A DNA stretch of 64,000 nucleotides. It comes from Eubacteriales bacterium. GTDB lineage: Bacteria; Bacillota; Clostridia; Oscillospirales; CAG-272. Below, one piece after another: positions 28,177-38,159 of this stretch. The position numbers and the translations under genes are program-made. Numbering within the stretch: position 1 is the stretch's first letter; each line of letters begins with the position of its first letter. The notes below the pieces were generated by a model, which worked only from the letters and a program-made list of their open reading frames with translations, was not told where the DNA came from and searched no databases. Where the stretch lies: positions 6,389-70,388 of the forward strand of contig JAZQBL010000037.1 in assembly GCA_045545665.1 (NCBI GenBank). The letters are read 5' to 3'.

Positions 28177-29433
28177 ATGTCTGATATTCTTAAAACGATC
28201 GACAGTTTCAAACGTGCCTGCCCTTGCGGGGTCACACACGAAACGACTATAAAAGATATACAAATAGGATCAGGGCTTGTCAATTCCGTGGGAGATATTC
28301 TTAAAAAGAACGGTTTTCCGAAAAACATTCTGCTCGTCGCCGACAAAAACACACTTCATGCCGCAGACGGTATTGCAGAAAGTCTTGACGGATTTTCTGT
28401 ATCATATAAAATATACGACGATCTTCGTGTTGCGGAAATTGAGCATGCAAATGAAATAGGCGCTCTCATAAGAGGAACGGACACGGCAGTGCTCTCTGTC
28501 GGAACAGGCTCTGTAAACGATCCGTGCAGGCTTGCCTGCGCTGTTGAAAACAAAAAACTGTGCATTTTCGCAACCGCTCCTTCTATGGACGGGTTTGCGT
28601 CTTACAGCTCACCTATCGTTGCAAGCGGCTTTAAATCGAGCTATCCTGCCAAAAGCCCCGAGGTAATAATAGGTGACACGAAGATACTCGCAAACGCTCC
28701 CTCCGAACTTAAATCGGCAGGATTCGGCGATATGGTATCAAAATACATAGGACTTATCGACTGGAAGGTATCGACCATACTCACAGGTGAAACGTACTGC
28801 GAAAAGGTTGCAGCTTTAACACGTGAAGCAGTTGACGAGCTTATGGAAATGGCTGACAAAGTAACCGAAAATGATGAATACACCGCAGGAAAAATATTTG
28901 AAGCTCTCCTTAAGACGGGAATAGGTATGAGTTTTATGAAAAATTCACGTCCCGCAAGCGGTTCAGAACACATAATATCGCATCTCATCGAATGTCTTGA
29001 GCTTAAAGAGGGCAAGCTTCCCAATCTTCACGGTGATGACGTTGGCGTATGTACGCTTGAAATGCTTAAATTTTACGGCAGTCTTGCAGAACACGACGAG
29101 ATAGAAACAAGATACGAAACGGTAGATTGGGACGACGTATACGATTTCTACGGCTTTATGGCAGAGGACGTAAAAAAGCTCAACCATCCCGAAAACATCG
29201 TTGACGGTATAACGCCCGAAAAGCTTAAAAGCAGTTGGGGCGAAATAAGACAAGTAATAAAAAGTATGCCCTCATACGATGAATGTAAAAAAGCAATGAT
29301 AAAAGCAGGGTGTAAGATCACGGTGCAGGATATAAACAAAGATCCCGAATTTTTCAAAAAATGTACGCATTATTCGCCGTATATGAGAAAAAGACTTACC
29401 CTTTTACGTCTTAAGGAAATGATAGTTGTTTAA
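28177..29433 (+). CDS. Iron-containing alcohol dehydrogenase superfamily, sn-glycerol-1-phosphate dehydrogenase (AraM/EgsA)-like
   Basis: Has GTGSVND, the metal-site region GSEHIISH, and the overall length and pattern of G1P dehydrogenases. Confidence 0.55.
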   Translation: MSDILKTIDSFKRACPCGVTHETTIKDIQIGSGLVNSVGDILKKNGFPKNILLVADKNTLHAADGIAESLDGFSVSYKIYDDLRVAEIEHANEIGALIRGTDTAVLSVGTGSVNDPCRLACAVENKKLCIFATAPSMDGFASYSSPIVASGFKSSYPAKSPEVIIGDTKILANAPSELKSAGFGDMVSKYIGLIDWKVSTILTGETYCEKVAALTREAVDELMEMADKVTENDEYTAGKIFEALLKTGIGMSFMKNSRPASGSEHIISHLIECLELKEGKLPNLHGDDVGVCTLEMLKFYGSLAEHDEIETRYETVDWDDVYDFYGFMAEDVKKLNHPENIVDGITPEKLKSSWGEIRQVIKSMPSYDECKKAMIKAGCKITVQDINKDPEFFKKCTHYSPYMRKRLTLLRLKEMIVV

Positions 29434-29434
29434 C

Positions 29435-29483
29435 AAAAAACGGCTTTTGATTGAAATTTTCTTTCATTCAAAAGCCGTTTTTA
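29435..29483. terminator. Bidirectional terminator
   Basis: Hairpin CGGCTTTTGA...TCAAAAGCCG flanked by an A-run and a T-run, between convergent genes. Confidence 0.8.
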
Positions 29484-29484
29484 T

Positions 29485-30417
29485 TTATTCTTTTATTTCA
29501 ACGGGGTCGGGATGTATCGTCACCTGACAGTGAAACCGTTTTTTCATATCCTCTTCTATTTGGTCGATTATCCGATGCGCTTTTATCAAGCTGATATCTG
29601 CCGATATTTCAGCGTGAAGCGTTATTATAAGACGCATAGGACCGTAATCGTGAACTATAAGATCGTGTATTTTGATAATATCGGGGTATTGCTTTACAAA
29701 TTCCTCTATCTCGCTTACAAGCGTCGGATCGGGCGCTGTACCGAGCAAAAGATCTATAGGCTCTTTCAGCGCCTTGCACGCCGTTAAGAATATAAAAAAC
29801 GAGACGATAATACCTGCCCAGCCATCGAGCATTACAGGCGTATACAGCGAAGCTACGGAGCAGACAAGAACAAGAGAAGTTGTCACAACGTCAACTATAC
29901 TGTCAAGTGCCGTCGCTTTGATAGCCGCTGAATTTATTATCTTGCTTATTTTCCGATAGAAGAAAAACAGCCACAGCTTTACCAAAACGGTAAGAGAAAT
30001 TATTATTATAAACAAGGGGCTGATCTTCGTGGGTACGTGGTTTTGAATTTTTTGAACGGACGTGTGAAAAAGCTCAACGCTTACCGTTATTATCATAATA
30101 TTCACGATGAGCGCCGTGAGGTATTCTATCCGCCCGTGACCGTATGGATGCTTTTCATCCGCTTGCTTTTGCGACAAGTGAAAACCCAATATTGTAACTA
30201 TATTAGAGCCTGCATCGGAAAGATTATTAAACGCATCCGTAATAACGCCGACAGAGCCTGCGGTAAGACCGAGGATCAATTTTGTAACACACAAAACGAC
30301 GTTTGCGATCATTCCCGTAATATTTGAAAGTAAGGAATATCTGTTTCTGACAGACGTATTTTCAACGTCATCACAGTTTTTAACAAACAGTTTTACAAGG
30401 AGCTGTGTCAAGATCAT
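29485..30417 (-). CDS. Cation diffusion facilitator (CDF) family metal efflux transporter
   Basis: Six TM helices, the motif LNLSDAGSN..., and a C-terminal cytoplasmic domain (IHDLIVHDYGP...ITLHAEI). Confidence 0.85.
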   Translation of the reverse strand: MILTQLLVKLFVKNCDDVENTSVRNRYSLLSNITGMIANVVLCVTKLILGLTAGSVGVITDAFNNLSDAGSNIVTILGFHLSQKQADEKHPYGHGRIEYLTALIVNIMIITVSVELFHTSVQKIQNHVPTKISPLFIIIISLTVLVKLWLFFFYRKISKIINSAAIKATALDSIVDVVTTSLVLVCSVASLYTPVMLDGWAGIIVSFFIFLTACKALKEPIDLLLGTAPDPTLVSEIEEFVKQYPDIIKIHDLIVHDYGPMRLIITLHAEISADISLIKAHRIIDQIEEDMKKRFHCQVTIHPDPVEIKE

Positions 30418-31325
30418 CCCTCCGTTTCTTTATTATTTCTTATATGGATAACACCGACACTTCCCGATATCGTCTCTTTAAAAACGTGCTGATGAATATC
30501 ATCTGTCAGATATCCGTCAAATGAATAATGCAAATGACCGCACAGCGCCTCTTTAATAATTGCGCCGTTATCGAATACGGTTTTATGAAGTCTTGATGTG
30601 TTTTCATCGGGATCGTAGTGACAGCCGTCACCCCACGCAAGCACCCTGCCCTGCCATACCTCTTTCGATCTTTCGGCAAATGTTTTATCGACAAGAGAAT
30701 TGAAAGGAACGTGCTGAAGCAGTATTATGGGTTTTTGCTTTTTAATTATCTCTTTCATAAAAGAGTCCGCCTGCGGTGACATCTGCGAGGTCGTGTTATT
30801 GATACCTACAATACAAATATCGTCAAATTCCATAAGCTGAATTTCCGAACTTATATCAAGTGTTTCATACATTTGATATATTTCCTTTTGCTGAATATTT
30901 TTACACCACCAGGGGCAAATATCGTGATCGGCATATACGAACACTGTGGGCGTTTTAACCTTGTCAAGACCGTCTTTAAACGTCTTTACGTTGGCGCTTG
31001 ATGCAAAATCGACCATATCACCGCCAAGCAGTACGCCGTCGGCACAGCATTCGTCTATCACCTCTGTAAGCTGTTTCCAGCATTCGCACGAAGTAAGTCC
31101 CCACGGGGTCTTGAAAAGCTCGATCCTGCTTTTTACCGTTTCAACGTTTGACGGTGAAACGTCGTCGCTCAACTGAAGTATATGAAGATCGGAAATAAAT
31201 ATAAAGTCGTAATCCCTTACAGTATTTACGTATACGGTTATTTCCTCCACACTATAACCGAGTGCCGTTAGTTTTTCTGTAGCAAACGGTTTTTTGTCCC
31301 TGTTTTTTATCGTGACCTTTTTCAT
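30414..31325 (-). CDS. Metallophosphoesterase
   Basis: Motifs ISDLHIL, LGGDMVD and LLQHVP. The start was trimmed to the ATG at 31325 because the track ORF runs through the tRNA-Leu gene. Confidence 0.7.
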   Translation of the reverse strand: MKKVTIKNRDKKPFATEKLTALGYSVEEITVYVNTVRDYDFIFISDLHILQLSDDVSPSNVETVKSRIELFKTPWGLTSCECWKQLTEVIDECCADGVLLGGDMVDFASSANVKTFKDGLDKVKTPTVFVYADHDICPWWCKNIQQKEIYQMYETLDISSEIQLMEFDDICIVGINNTTSQMSPQADSFMKEIIKKQKPIILLQHVPFNSLVDKTFAERSKEVWQGRVLAWGDGCHYDPDENTSRLHKTVFDNGAIIKEALCGHLHYSFDGYLTDDIHQHVFKETISGSVGVIHIRNNKETEG

Positions 31326-31360
31326 AACAGACCTCAGCCTTGCATAAGTTCTTATATTAC

Positions 31361-31390
31361 AAAAAACCTCTCCTGAAAAACAGAAGAGGT
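31361..31390 (-). terminator. Terminator downstream of tRNA-Leu(GAG)
   Basis: On the minus strand: ACCTCTTCTG-TTTTT-CAGGAGAGGT followed by TTTTTT. Confidence 0.7.
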
Positions 31391-31395
31391 TTTCG

Positions 31396-31480
31396 TGGTG
31401 CGAGAAACGGGACTTGAACCCGTACGGTGAAATCCACACGCCCCTCAAACGTGCGCGTCTGCCAGTTCCGCCACTCTCGC
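31396..31480 (-). tRNA. tRNA-Leu (anticodon GAG)
   Basis: The minus-strand read runs GCGAGAGTGGCGGAACTGGCAGACGCG-CACGT-TTGAGGG-GCGTG...GGTTCAAGTCCCGTTTCTCGCACCA, with a long variable arm and an encoded CCA. Confidence 0.9.
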
Positions 31481-31511
31481 ATATATGCTGCACTCACATG
31501 CAACGATATAT

Positions 31512-31568
31512 ATTATACACATTTTTTTCTATTTGTCAATACCTTTTTGCAAAAAAAATTATTTTTTT
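31512..31568 (-). promoter_or_regulatory. Promoter of tRNA-Leu(GAG) with the same UP-like block as the Thr/Tyr operon
   Basis: On the minus strand: TTGACA (31534-31539), 16-nt spacer, TATAAT (31512-31517) preceded by TGTG. A 37-nt block is identical to 13488-13524. Confidence 0.65.
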
Positions 31569-31620
31569 ATAAAAACAAGAAAATCTGCGTTTTTTGCCGA
31601 TTTTTTTGGTTTTTTACGTA

Positions 31621-33543
31621 TTATTTGTAGTTCCGGAATACGAAATTAAGTCTTCCGTGGGGAGCCTGGTCGCCCGAAGTATACATTTCTTCCATCGTAT
31701 CTACAACGTCGTCACTGTCTACCCACTTGAACGTGAAGTTTATCTTTGTGTAATCCGTTATGCCGAGGGATGCAAGCGGTACACGTATCATCATTTCGTT
31801 GCCTTCCACTCTGTAGTCGATCTCCTCTGTCGTTTCAAATGCGAACGCATCGTCGGAGGTTGACTTTGCAAGTGTCGTCTTGTTTTCGGATGAAGCCTTG
31901 TAGTTTACGATATAATCGTATCCGTACCAGCCTGTCGTTGCATTATCGGAATTGATAAACAACTGCATCCACGTAGAATCCGTATTGTACGGTGTTATAG
32001 CACCGGGATTATCGCCTTTGCTTTCTGACGTTTTAACGTAGAAATATGCATATTTCGTATCGTAAACGATCTTTGATGCAACTATATCGTTTCTGCCCGA
32101 TTCATCTGTGAGAGTCTGTCGGCCGAAGCCCTTGTTCTTTCTGTTCATCGAATCGCCTTCAAGGTCGCTGTAGGTCACGAGTATATCGTTCCACTGATCG
32201 AACGAGCCGTTTATATCTATCGGCTTTCTTGTGTCCTGTACAAGAGTGGGCGCTGTTCCCTTCAGTTTTCTGATATTTTCGATAAGCTGCATATAGTAGT
32301 TATCAAAATATCCGCCGCGCATCATTTCGCAGTCACGGCTGAAGTTGGGACTTGCGTTATCCACAAAGTTGACTCTGTTGGAGCTTGAGGGCTGTCTTTG
32401 AGCGACCCATTCGTTCCATCCCGTTACAAGAACGTACGGAGCATCGGATGCAATAGCATAATCCCACTGCTCCTGGAAGTTGTATCCGTAGAGATACGCA
32501 TCGGGTGCTTTATCGTTTGCGCCGTTGTGATAGCTTCTGCCTCTGTTATCGTCGTTGCCGTAAAATGCGGAGTCAGAGAACTGGATCGTTGCGTTGTGCT
32601 GAGCCACAGAAACGCTTATAGCATCTGCCTTGCCTTCGTAATTATATACCGTCTGAGGCCATCCGAAGTCCATCCAGGGCCAGCCGCCTTCGTGATTCGT
32701 GCCTTCATTGGGCCACTGCGGAACACGGAAAGTAAAGAAATCCTTTATTTTGCTGTTTGAGATCCTGTTTTCGAAAGCAATGATAACGGGTTTACCGTCT
32801 ATCATAAACCATGTATCGGGGCAGTAATTGATCGAGTATATCTGATTATATACCTGACTTACAACATCGGAAGAATTTGTATTCGTATAGAAAACGACTT
32901 GAGGTGTGTCCCATCCCTGTTCTCTCATATCGTGCAAAAATCTCATAAGGGGTTTTGCATTGTTGATGTAGGGATATCCGTTTGTAACGTCGAAGTACAA
33001 AAAGTCAACGTTTGCGTTTGTAAGCTCTTCAATGTGCTTACGCATTACCCACAAATCGGAACTGTAGTAGTAACCGTAAAGAGGTTCGCCGTAGAAGTGC
33101 ATATCACCGACGCCGCCCCAGCCTTTGTAGTTGGCAAAAAGCGCTCTGTCGCCGCCTTCTGCAAGTATCTTCATATTATCGTAGACTTTATCATCGTCGC
33201 CGTGCTCGCCGAGCCAGAGGAAGTAAAAAAGTCCTACGTATCTTTCGTTGAACGTATAATTTTTCGTTTCTTCTGCCGTGCTGAGTTTTCTGTCAAGATC
33301 GTCAACTGCCACCATCGGTCCGCAGTTGTAGTTGTTTTTATTGGGATAAGAAACGCCGTCAACGATTATGTTATCACCGTCAACTGTATATGCGGGAGTT
33401 CCTGCATACGTATCAAGCTCAGAGGGATAAGCGACCTCGCCCGAAGTATCGGAGGTAACGTCATCGCCCTGCGAGCAGGAAACGAACATAGCAGATGCAA
33501 GAGTAATTGCCGCAAGGATGCCGGAAAAAATTCTCTTTTTCAT
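31621..33543 (-). CDS. Secreted lipoprotein, putative glycoside hydrolase with C-terminal beta-sandwich domain
   Basis: Lipobox (AMFVSCSQG) at the ATG at 33543. It has a TIM-barrel-like central region (YVGLFYFLWLGEHG..., VDFLYFDVTNG). The family is not identified. Confidence 0.45.
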   Translation of the reverse strand: MKKRIFSGILAAITLASAMFVSCSQGDDVTSDTSGEVAYPSELDTYAGTPAYTVDGDNIIVDGVSYPNKNNYNCGPMVAVDDLDRKLSTAEETKNYTFNERYVGLFYFLWLGEHGDDDKVYDNMKILAEGGDRALFANYKGWGGVGDMHFYGEPLYGYYYSSDLWVMRKHIEELTNANVDFLYFDVTNGYPYINNAKPLMRFLHDMREQGWDTPQVVFYTNTNSSDVVSQVYNQIYSINYCPDTWFMIDGKPVIIAFENRISNSKIKDFFTFRVPQWPNEGTNHEGGWPWMDFGWPQTVYNYEGKADAISVSVAQHNATIQFSDSAFYGNDDNRGRSYHNGANDKAPDAYLYGYNFQEQWDYAIASDAPYVLVTGWNEWVAQRQPSSSNRVNFVDNASPNFSRDCEMMRGGYFDNYYMQLIENIRKLKGTAPTLVQDTRKPIDINGSFDQWNDILVTYSDLEGDSMNRKNKGFGRQTLTDESGRNDIVASKIVYDTKYAYFYVKTSESKGDNPGAITPYNTDSTWMQLFINSDNATTGWYGYDYIVNYKASSENKTTLAKSTSDDAFAFETTEEIDYRVEGNEMMIRVPLASLGITDYTKINFTFKWVDSDDVVDTMEEMYTSGDQAPHGRLNFVFRNYK

Positions 33544-33625
33544 AAAAATATCCTTTCTTTTAATACCAATAAAGCAGCCGAACAACGTATGCGTCCGACT
33601 GCTTTACAAAACTATTTATCCTTAA

Positions 33626-34738
33626 TTAGTGGATTATGCAAGCTTCGGTATCTTTATCGAAGATGTGCATTCTCGTAACGTCAAATGCAACCTTGATCGT
33701 ATCGCCTGCTCTCGCCTGTGAACGTGAGGAAACACGTGCAATGAGGTTCTGTTCGCCTGTCTTGATGTAGAGATAGATCTCAGAACCCATAAGCTCTGTA
33801 ACTTCAACGTATGTATCAATTGCAGATTCAGCAAACTGAGAAATGTACATAGGCTCATCGTGGATACACTCAGGACGGATACCAACGATAACTTCCTTAC
33901 CGATGTAATCCTTGAGTTCGGGAGCGTTTGCCTTTTCTGCAGGAAGCTTCATCTTGTTGCCCTGGAATTCAACGTAAACGTCGTTGCCTTCCTTTGTAAG
34001 GGTAGCGTCGATAAAGTTCATCTGAGGTGTGCCGATAAATCCTGCAACGAATACTCTGTTGGGCTTATCGTAGAGGTTTTGAGGTGTATCAACCTGCTGG
34101 ATCTTACCGTCCTTCATAACAACGATACGTGTAGCCATCGTCATAGCCTCGACCTGGTCGTGCGTAACGTATACGAACGTTGTTTCGAGTTTCTTGTGGA
34201 GCTTTGTAAGCTCGGAACGCATGGCAGCACGGAGCTTAGCGTCAAGGTTTGAAAGCGGTTCGTCCAAAAGGAAGACCTTAGGATTACGGACTATAGCACG
34301 GCCGAGTGCAACACGCTGCTTCTGACCACCGGAAAGAGCCTTAGGACGTCTGTCAAGCAAGTGCTCAATATCAAGTATACGTGCAGCTTCTTCAACTCTG
34401 CGCTTTATTTCAGCCTTGGGAGTTTTACGGAGCTTAAGACCGAAAGACATATTTTCAAATACAGTCATATGAGGATACAAAGCATAGTTCTGGAACACCA
34501 TTGCTATGTCTCTGTCCTTGGGAGCTACGTCGTTAACGAGCTTGTCACCGATGAACAGTTCACCGTCTGTGATCTCTTCAAGACCTGCGATCATACGAAG
34601 TGTTGTGGACTTACCGCAACCCGAAGGACCGACAAAGATTATAAATTCTTTATCCTTAACTTCAAGACAGAAATCGGAAACAGCTTCAACGCCGCCCGGA
34701 TATCTTTTGTAAATGTGCTTAAGGGATAAGCTTGCCAT
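33626..34738 (-). CDS. Sugar ABC-transporter ATP-binding protein (MsmK/MsmX/UgpC/MalK type), orphan
   Basis: Walker A (GPSGCGKST), signature ([14 protein letters not shown]), Walker B ([11 protein letters not shown]) and a MalK-like C-terminal regulatory domain. Confidence 0.9.
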   Translation of the reverse strand: MASLSLKHIYKRYPGGVEAVSDFCLEVKDKEFIIFVGPSGCGKSTTLRMIAGLEEITDGELFIGDKLVNDVAPKDRDIAMVFQNYALYPHMTVFENMSFGLKLRKTPKAEIKRRVEEAARILDIEHLLDRRPKALSGGQKQRVALGRAIVRNPKVFLLDEPLSNLDAKLRAAMRSELTKLHKKLETTFVYVTHDQVEAMTMATRIVVMKDGKIQQVDTPQNLYDKPNRVFVAGFIGTPQMNFIDATLTKEGNDVYVEFQGNKMKLPAEKANAPELKDYIGKEVIVGIRPECIHDEPMYISQFAESAIDTYVEVTELMGSEIYLYIKTGEQNLIARVSSRSQARAGDTIKVAFDVTRMHIFDKDTEACIIH

Positions 34739-34894
34739 TATAAAATCTCCTTTTATCTTTTGAAATATTCTTTTTTTGATTAAAATGTACCGTAAAAATA
34801 CGCAAGTACATCTTTATATATTCTGACATCAATGATTATATCAAAAATATATGAACTTTTAAAGACGTTTATTCAACAAATTTTACGCTTTTCA

Positions 34895-34913
34895 TTTGTG
34901 CAATTTGCACAAA
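34895..34913. promoter_or_regulatory. Perfect 19-bp palindrome TTTGTGCAA-T-TTGCACAAA upstream of the msmK-like gene
   Basis: Read directly. A near-identical copy lies at 42622-42640. Confidence 0.5.
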
Positions 34914-34976
34914 CATTTTTAATCTCGTTTTTAATCAAAATTCGTTAAACAAAGTATTTTTTAATATATTAAAATA

Positions 34977-37139
34977 TTATTTTTTCGGTTTCTTCATGGT
35001 AAGGGATATTCTCTTGCGCTGAACGTTCACTTCAAGCACCCACACCGTGACCTGATCGCCTACGGAAACAGCCTCGGACGGATGCTTTATAAACTTATCG
35101 GAAAGCTGTGAAATATGGACAAGTCCGTCCTGGTGAACGCCGATATCAACAAACGCACCGAAATCTATTACGTTACGTACGACGCCCGTAAGCTCCATAC
35201 CGGGCTTCAAGTCAGCCATATCGAGAATATCCTCGCGGAGGATAGGTGCGGGAAAATCGTCTCTTACGTCACGTCCCGGCTTCTGAAGCTCTTTTACGAT
35301 ATCGTCAAGCGTGGGAGCACCGATGCCGAGTTCCTCGCAAAGCTGTGCTTTGTTCGCCTTTTTGATCTTCTCACCGAGTAAAACGAGGTTGCCCTCTTTT
35401 ACGTCGTCGTCTGTATATCCGAATTTTTCAAGGAGCTGTTTTGCAGCTTTATACGATTCGGGGTGTACACCCGTATTATCGAGTATTTCGTCACTGCCCG
35501 ATACACGCAGAAATCCCGCACACTGCTCGTATGCCTTTGCACCTATACGCGGAACCTTGAGAAGCTCTGCCCTGTTTTCGAACTCTCCGTTTTCCTCACG
35601 GTATTTTACAATATTTTTAGCCGACGTTGCATTGATACCCGCAATATACGAAAGGAGCGAATGAGATGCTGTATTAAGATCAATACCGACGGAGTTTACA
35701 CAGTCCTCAACGACACCGCTGAGTGCTTCGTCAAGTCTTGCAGGCTTCATATCGTGCTGATACTGTCCGACGCCTATGGACTTGGGATCTATTTTTACAA
35801 GCTCCGCAAGAGGATCCTGCAATCTTCTTGCTATTGATACAGCACTTCTTTGCGTAACGTCAAAGTCGGGAAATTCTTCTGCGGCAAGCTTTGATGCCGA
35901 GTAGACGGATGCCCCCGCCTCGCTTACCATTATGTACTTACATCCGCAGTCCATTTCCTTTAAGAGTCCCGAAATAAATATTTCGGATTCTTTTGAAGCT
36001 GTGCCGTTGCCTATTGCAACAACGTCAACGCCGTACTTCTTTATCAGCTTCTTTACTATGGTTTTTGCTTCCTCTATGCGGTATTCCTGTTTCATCGTGG
36101 GATATATAACCGCCGTATCAAGCACCTTACCCGTTTTATCGACTACCGCAAGCTTACAGCCGGTACGGTATCCGGGGTCGAGTCCGAGCGTTGTTTTGCC
36201 TTTGAGAGGGGGTGACATAAGCAGATTTTTGAGGTTTTCGGAGAAAAGCTTTATTGCCCCTTCACTTGCAACGTCGAAAAGGTCTGCCCTTATTTCTCTT
36301 TCGATTGACGGTGCTATAAGTCTTTCGTAACCGTCCGTTACAGCGGACACGATGTACTCGTACGCTTCGCTGTTTTTATTCGTTACGACCTGTGAAAGAA
36401 TGAGATCTATCACCGTTTCTTTTGATATATCAATGCTTACCTTCAAGAACTCGTCCTTTTCGCCTCTGTTTATGGCAAGGACACGGTGATGCGGTATTTT
36501 GCTTACCTTTTCGGAATATTCGTAATACATTTCGTATACGCTTTCCTCGTCCTTTGCCTTTGTTGTTGTGATAAGTCCCGTATCGTAGGTGAGCTTTCTT
36601 ATATCCTTACGGAGGTTTGCATCGTCCGAAACGTCCTCGGCGATAATATCAAGAGCACCTGCAAGCGCTTCTTCCGCTGTATTTACTTCTTTTTCTTCGT
36701 TTACGTATTCTTCGGCAAGCTTTGCAATGGGAGTGTCATACTTGTCCTTTTGTTCAAATATGAGCTGTGCCAAAGGCTCAAGCCCCTTTTCTCTTGCAAC
36801 GGATGCTCTTGTTTTACGCTTGGGCTTGAAGGGTCTGTAAATGTCCTCAACCTCTGTAAGTATCTGCGCTTTGTCGAGAGCTTCAACTATTTCGTCGGTG
36901 AGTTTGCCCTGTTCTTCTATTGAAGAGCGCACCTCTTCCTTTCTCTTTTCAAGATTACGCAAATAATTGAGTCTGTCGAAAAGATCTCTCAAAACAGTAT
37001 CGTCAAGCGAGCCTGTTACCTCTTTTCTGTAACGGGCAATAAAAGGTATGGTATTTCCGGCATCTATAAGCTCGACCGTGTTTACCACCTGTGTTTCTTT
37101 AAGGTTAAATTCTTCCGCTATTTTCTTTAAAATATCCAT
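34977..37139 (-). CDS. tex: Transcription accessory protein Tex (S1 RNA-binding domain protein)
   Basis: 720 aa. The N-terminus is IAEEFNLKETQVVNTVELIDAGNTIPFIARYRKE, with a YqgF-like core and a C-terminal S1 domain (GVVRNVIDFGAFVDIGVHQDGLVHISQL). Confidence 0.92.
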   Translation of the reverse strand: MDILKKIAEEFNLKETQVVNTVELIDAGNTIPFIARYRKEVTGSLDDTVLRDLFDRLNYLRNLEKRKEEVRSSIEEQGKLTDEIVEALDKAQILTEVEDIYRPFKPKRKTRASVAREKGLEPLAQLIFEQKDKYDTPIAKLAEEYVNEEKEVNTAEEALAGALDIIAEDVSDDANLRKDIRKLTYDTGLITTTKAKDEESVYEMYYEYSEKVSKIPHHRVLAINRGEKDEFLKVSIDISKETVIDLILSQVVTNKNSEAYEYIVSAVTDGYERLIAPSIEREIRADLFDVASEGAIKLFSENLKNLLMSPPLKGKTTLGLDPGYRTGCKLAVVDKTGKVLDTAVIYPTMKQEYRIEEAKTIVKKLIKKYGVDVVAIGNGTASKESEIFISGLLKEMDCGCKYIMVSEAGASVYSASKLAAEEFPDFDVTQRSAVSIARRLQDPLAELVKIDPKSIGVGQYQHDMKPARLDEALSGVVEDCVNSVGIDLNTASHSLLSYIAGINATSAKNIVKYREENGEFENRAELLKVPRIGAKAYEQCAGFLRVSGSDEILDNTGVHPESYKAAKQLLEKFGYTDDDVKEGNLVLLGEKIKKANKAQLCEELGIGAPTLDDIVKELQKPGRDVRDDFPAPILREDILDMADLKPGMELTGVVRNVIDFGAFVDIGVHQDGLVHISQLSDKFIKHPSEAVSVGDQVTVWVLEVNVQRKRISLTMKKPKK

Positions 37140-37151
37140 ATTATCTCCGTT

Positions 37152-37856
37152 TTACTTTTTCTGTGTAAAGCTGTTTATTTCGTCGTCCGTAAGATATCTG
37201 AAGGCGCCTTCTTCAAGCTCACCGTCAAGCGATATATCTCCGAACGTAAGTCTTTTAAGTGACGTTATTTTGTTTCCACACGCGCCGAACATACGCTTTA
37301 TCTGGTGATATTTTCCTTCTTTCAGAGTGATAACACCGCTTTTGTCCGTTTCTTTGACGATTCCGCACGGCATCGTCGTATATCCGTCCGCAAGCGTTAT
37401 TCCCTCTTCCATTTTGCGTACGTCCTCCTCTGTGAGTGGATCTGCACATTCGTATGCATAGCTTTTTTCGACGTGGCTTTTCGGCGCCAACGCTCTGTGA
37501 GATGAAGCGCCGTCGTTCGTTATTATCATAAGCCCCGTCGTATCCTTATCAAGTCTGCCCGACGGAAATACATTACATTTTACAATGTTTTCGGGCAAAA
37601 GCTCAAGAACTGTATGCTCACCGGGTTCATCCGAGGAGCTTACGTAGCCTTTGGGCTTATTGAGCATTATATAAACGTACTTGCTGTATCCGACGGGAAC
37701 ACCGTCAAAAGTTACCGCATCTTCGTTTTCGTTTATATGTACGGCAGGGTCTGATACGACCTTACCGTTTACGCTTATACGTCCTCGCTTTGCAGCGGCG
37801 GCACATTCTTTTCTTGAAAGGAGTCCCGCGTGGGTAAAAAACTTATCAAGTCTCAT
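37152..37856 (-). CDS. rsuA: Pseudouridine synthase, RsuA family (S4 domain + catalytic GRLDKDTTG)
   Basis: The N-terminus MRLDKFFTHAGLLSRKE is an S4 domain, the catalytic Asp motif is GRLDKDTTGLMIITNDG, and KEGKYHQIKRMF is present. Confidence 0.8.
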   Translation of the reverse strand: MRLDKFFTHAGLLSRKECAAAAKRGRISVNGKVVSDPAVHINENEDAVTFDGVPVGYSKYVYIMLNKPKGYVSSSDEPGEHTVLELLPENIVKCNVFPSGRLDKDTTGLMIITNDGASSHRALAPKSHVEKSYAYECADPLTEEDVRKMEEGITLADGYTTMPCGIVKETDKSGVITLKEGKYHQIKRMFGACGNKITSLKRLTFGDISLDGELEEGAFRYLTDDEINSFTQKK

Positions 37857-37954
37857 TACAAACAAATTGCGATATAGAGTGTAAGCCCTGCCGCAATACC
37901 GAGCAGTGTACCGAAAACAAGGCCTATCGCAAACCTCACAAAAAAACTTTTCAC
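37856..37954 (-). CDS. Possible 32-aa single-TM peptide translationally coupled to rsuA
   Basis: The GTG start is preceded by GGGGTGA. The sequence is VKSFFVRFAIGLVFGTLLGIAAGLTLYIAICL, and its stop overlaps the rsuA ATG (TAATG). Confidence 0.3.
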   Translation of the reverse strand: MKSFFVRFAIGLVFGTLLGIAAGLTLYIAICL

Positions 37955-38159
37955 CGTATCACCCCGTTTATATTACTTTACAATATTATTGGGCAATACT
38001 TTATTATTTTATCACACCGATATTTTTTTGTCAATATTTTTCTTGACGATAGAATTTAAAAGGATATTAATATTAAGAAAATCTTAATATTATCCCCTCT
38101 TTGATTTTAATTACTTATATGATATAATCAGATCAACGAAATCGAAAGGCAAACAAAAA

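Noticed and set aside
29485-30417. NiCo (czcD-type) riboswitch in front of the CDF transporter
   Set aside because: The CDF gene overlaps the stop of the upstream metallophosphoesterase by 4 nt, so there is no leader.
30414-31493. N-terminal 56-aa extension of the metallophosphoesterase ORF
   Set aside because: The extension is the antisense-free read-through of the tRNA-Leu(GAG) gene and its terminator. A proper ATG at 31325 follows.
38064-38093. AT-only inverted repeat TAATATTAAG-N5-CTTAATATTA upstream of the response-regulator promoter
   Set aside because: It could be an operator. However, it is a low-complexity A/T sequence in an A/T-rich spacer, and OmpR-family regulators usually bind direct repeats. 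There is not enough support to call it.
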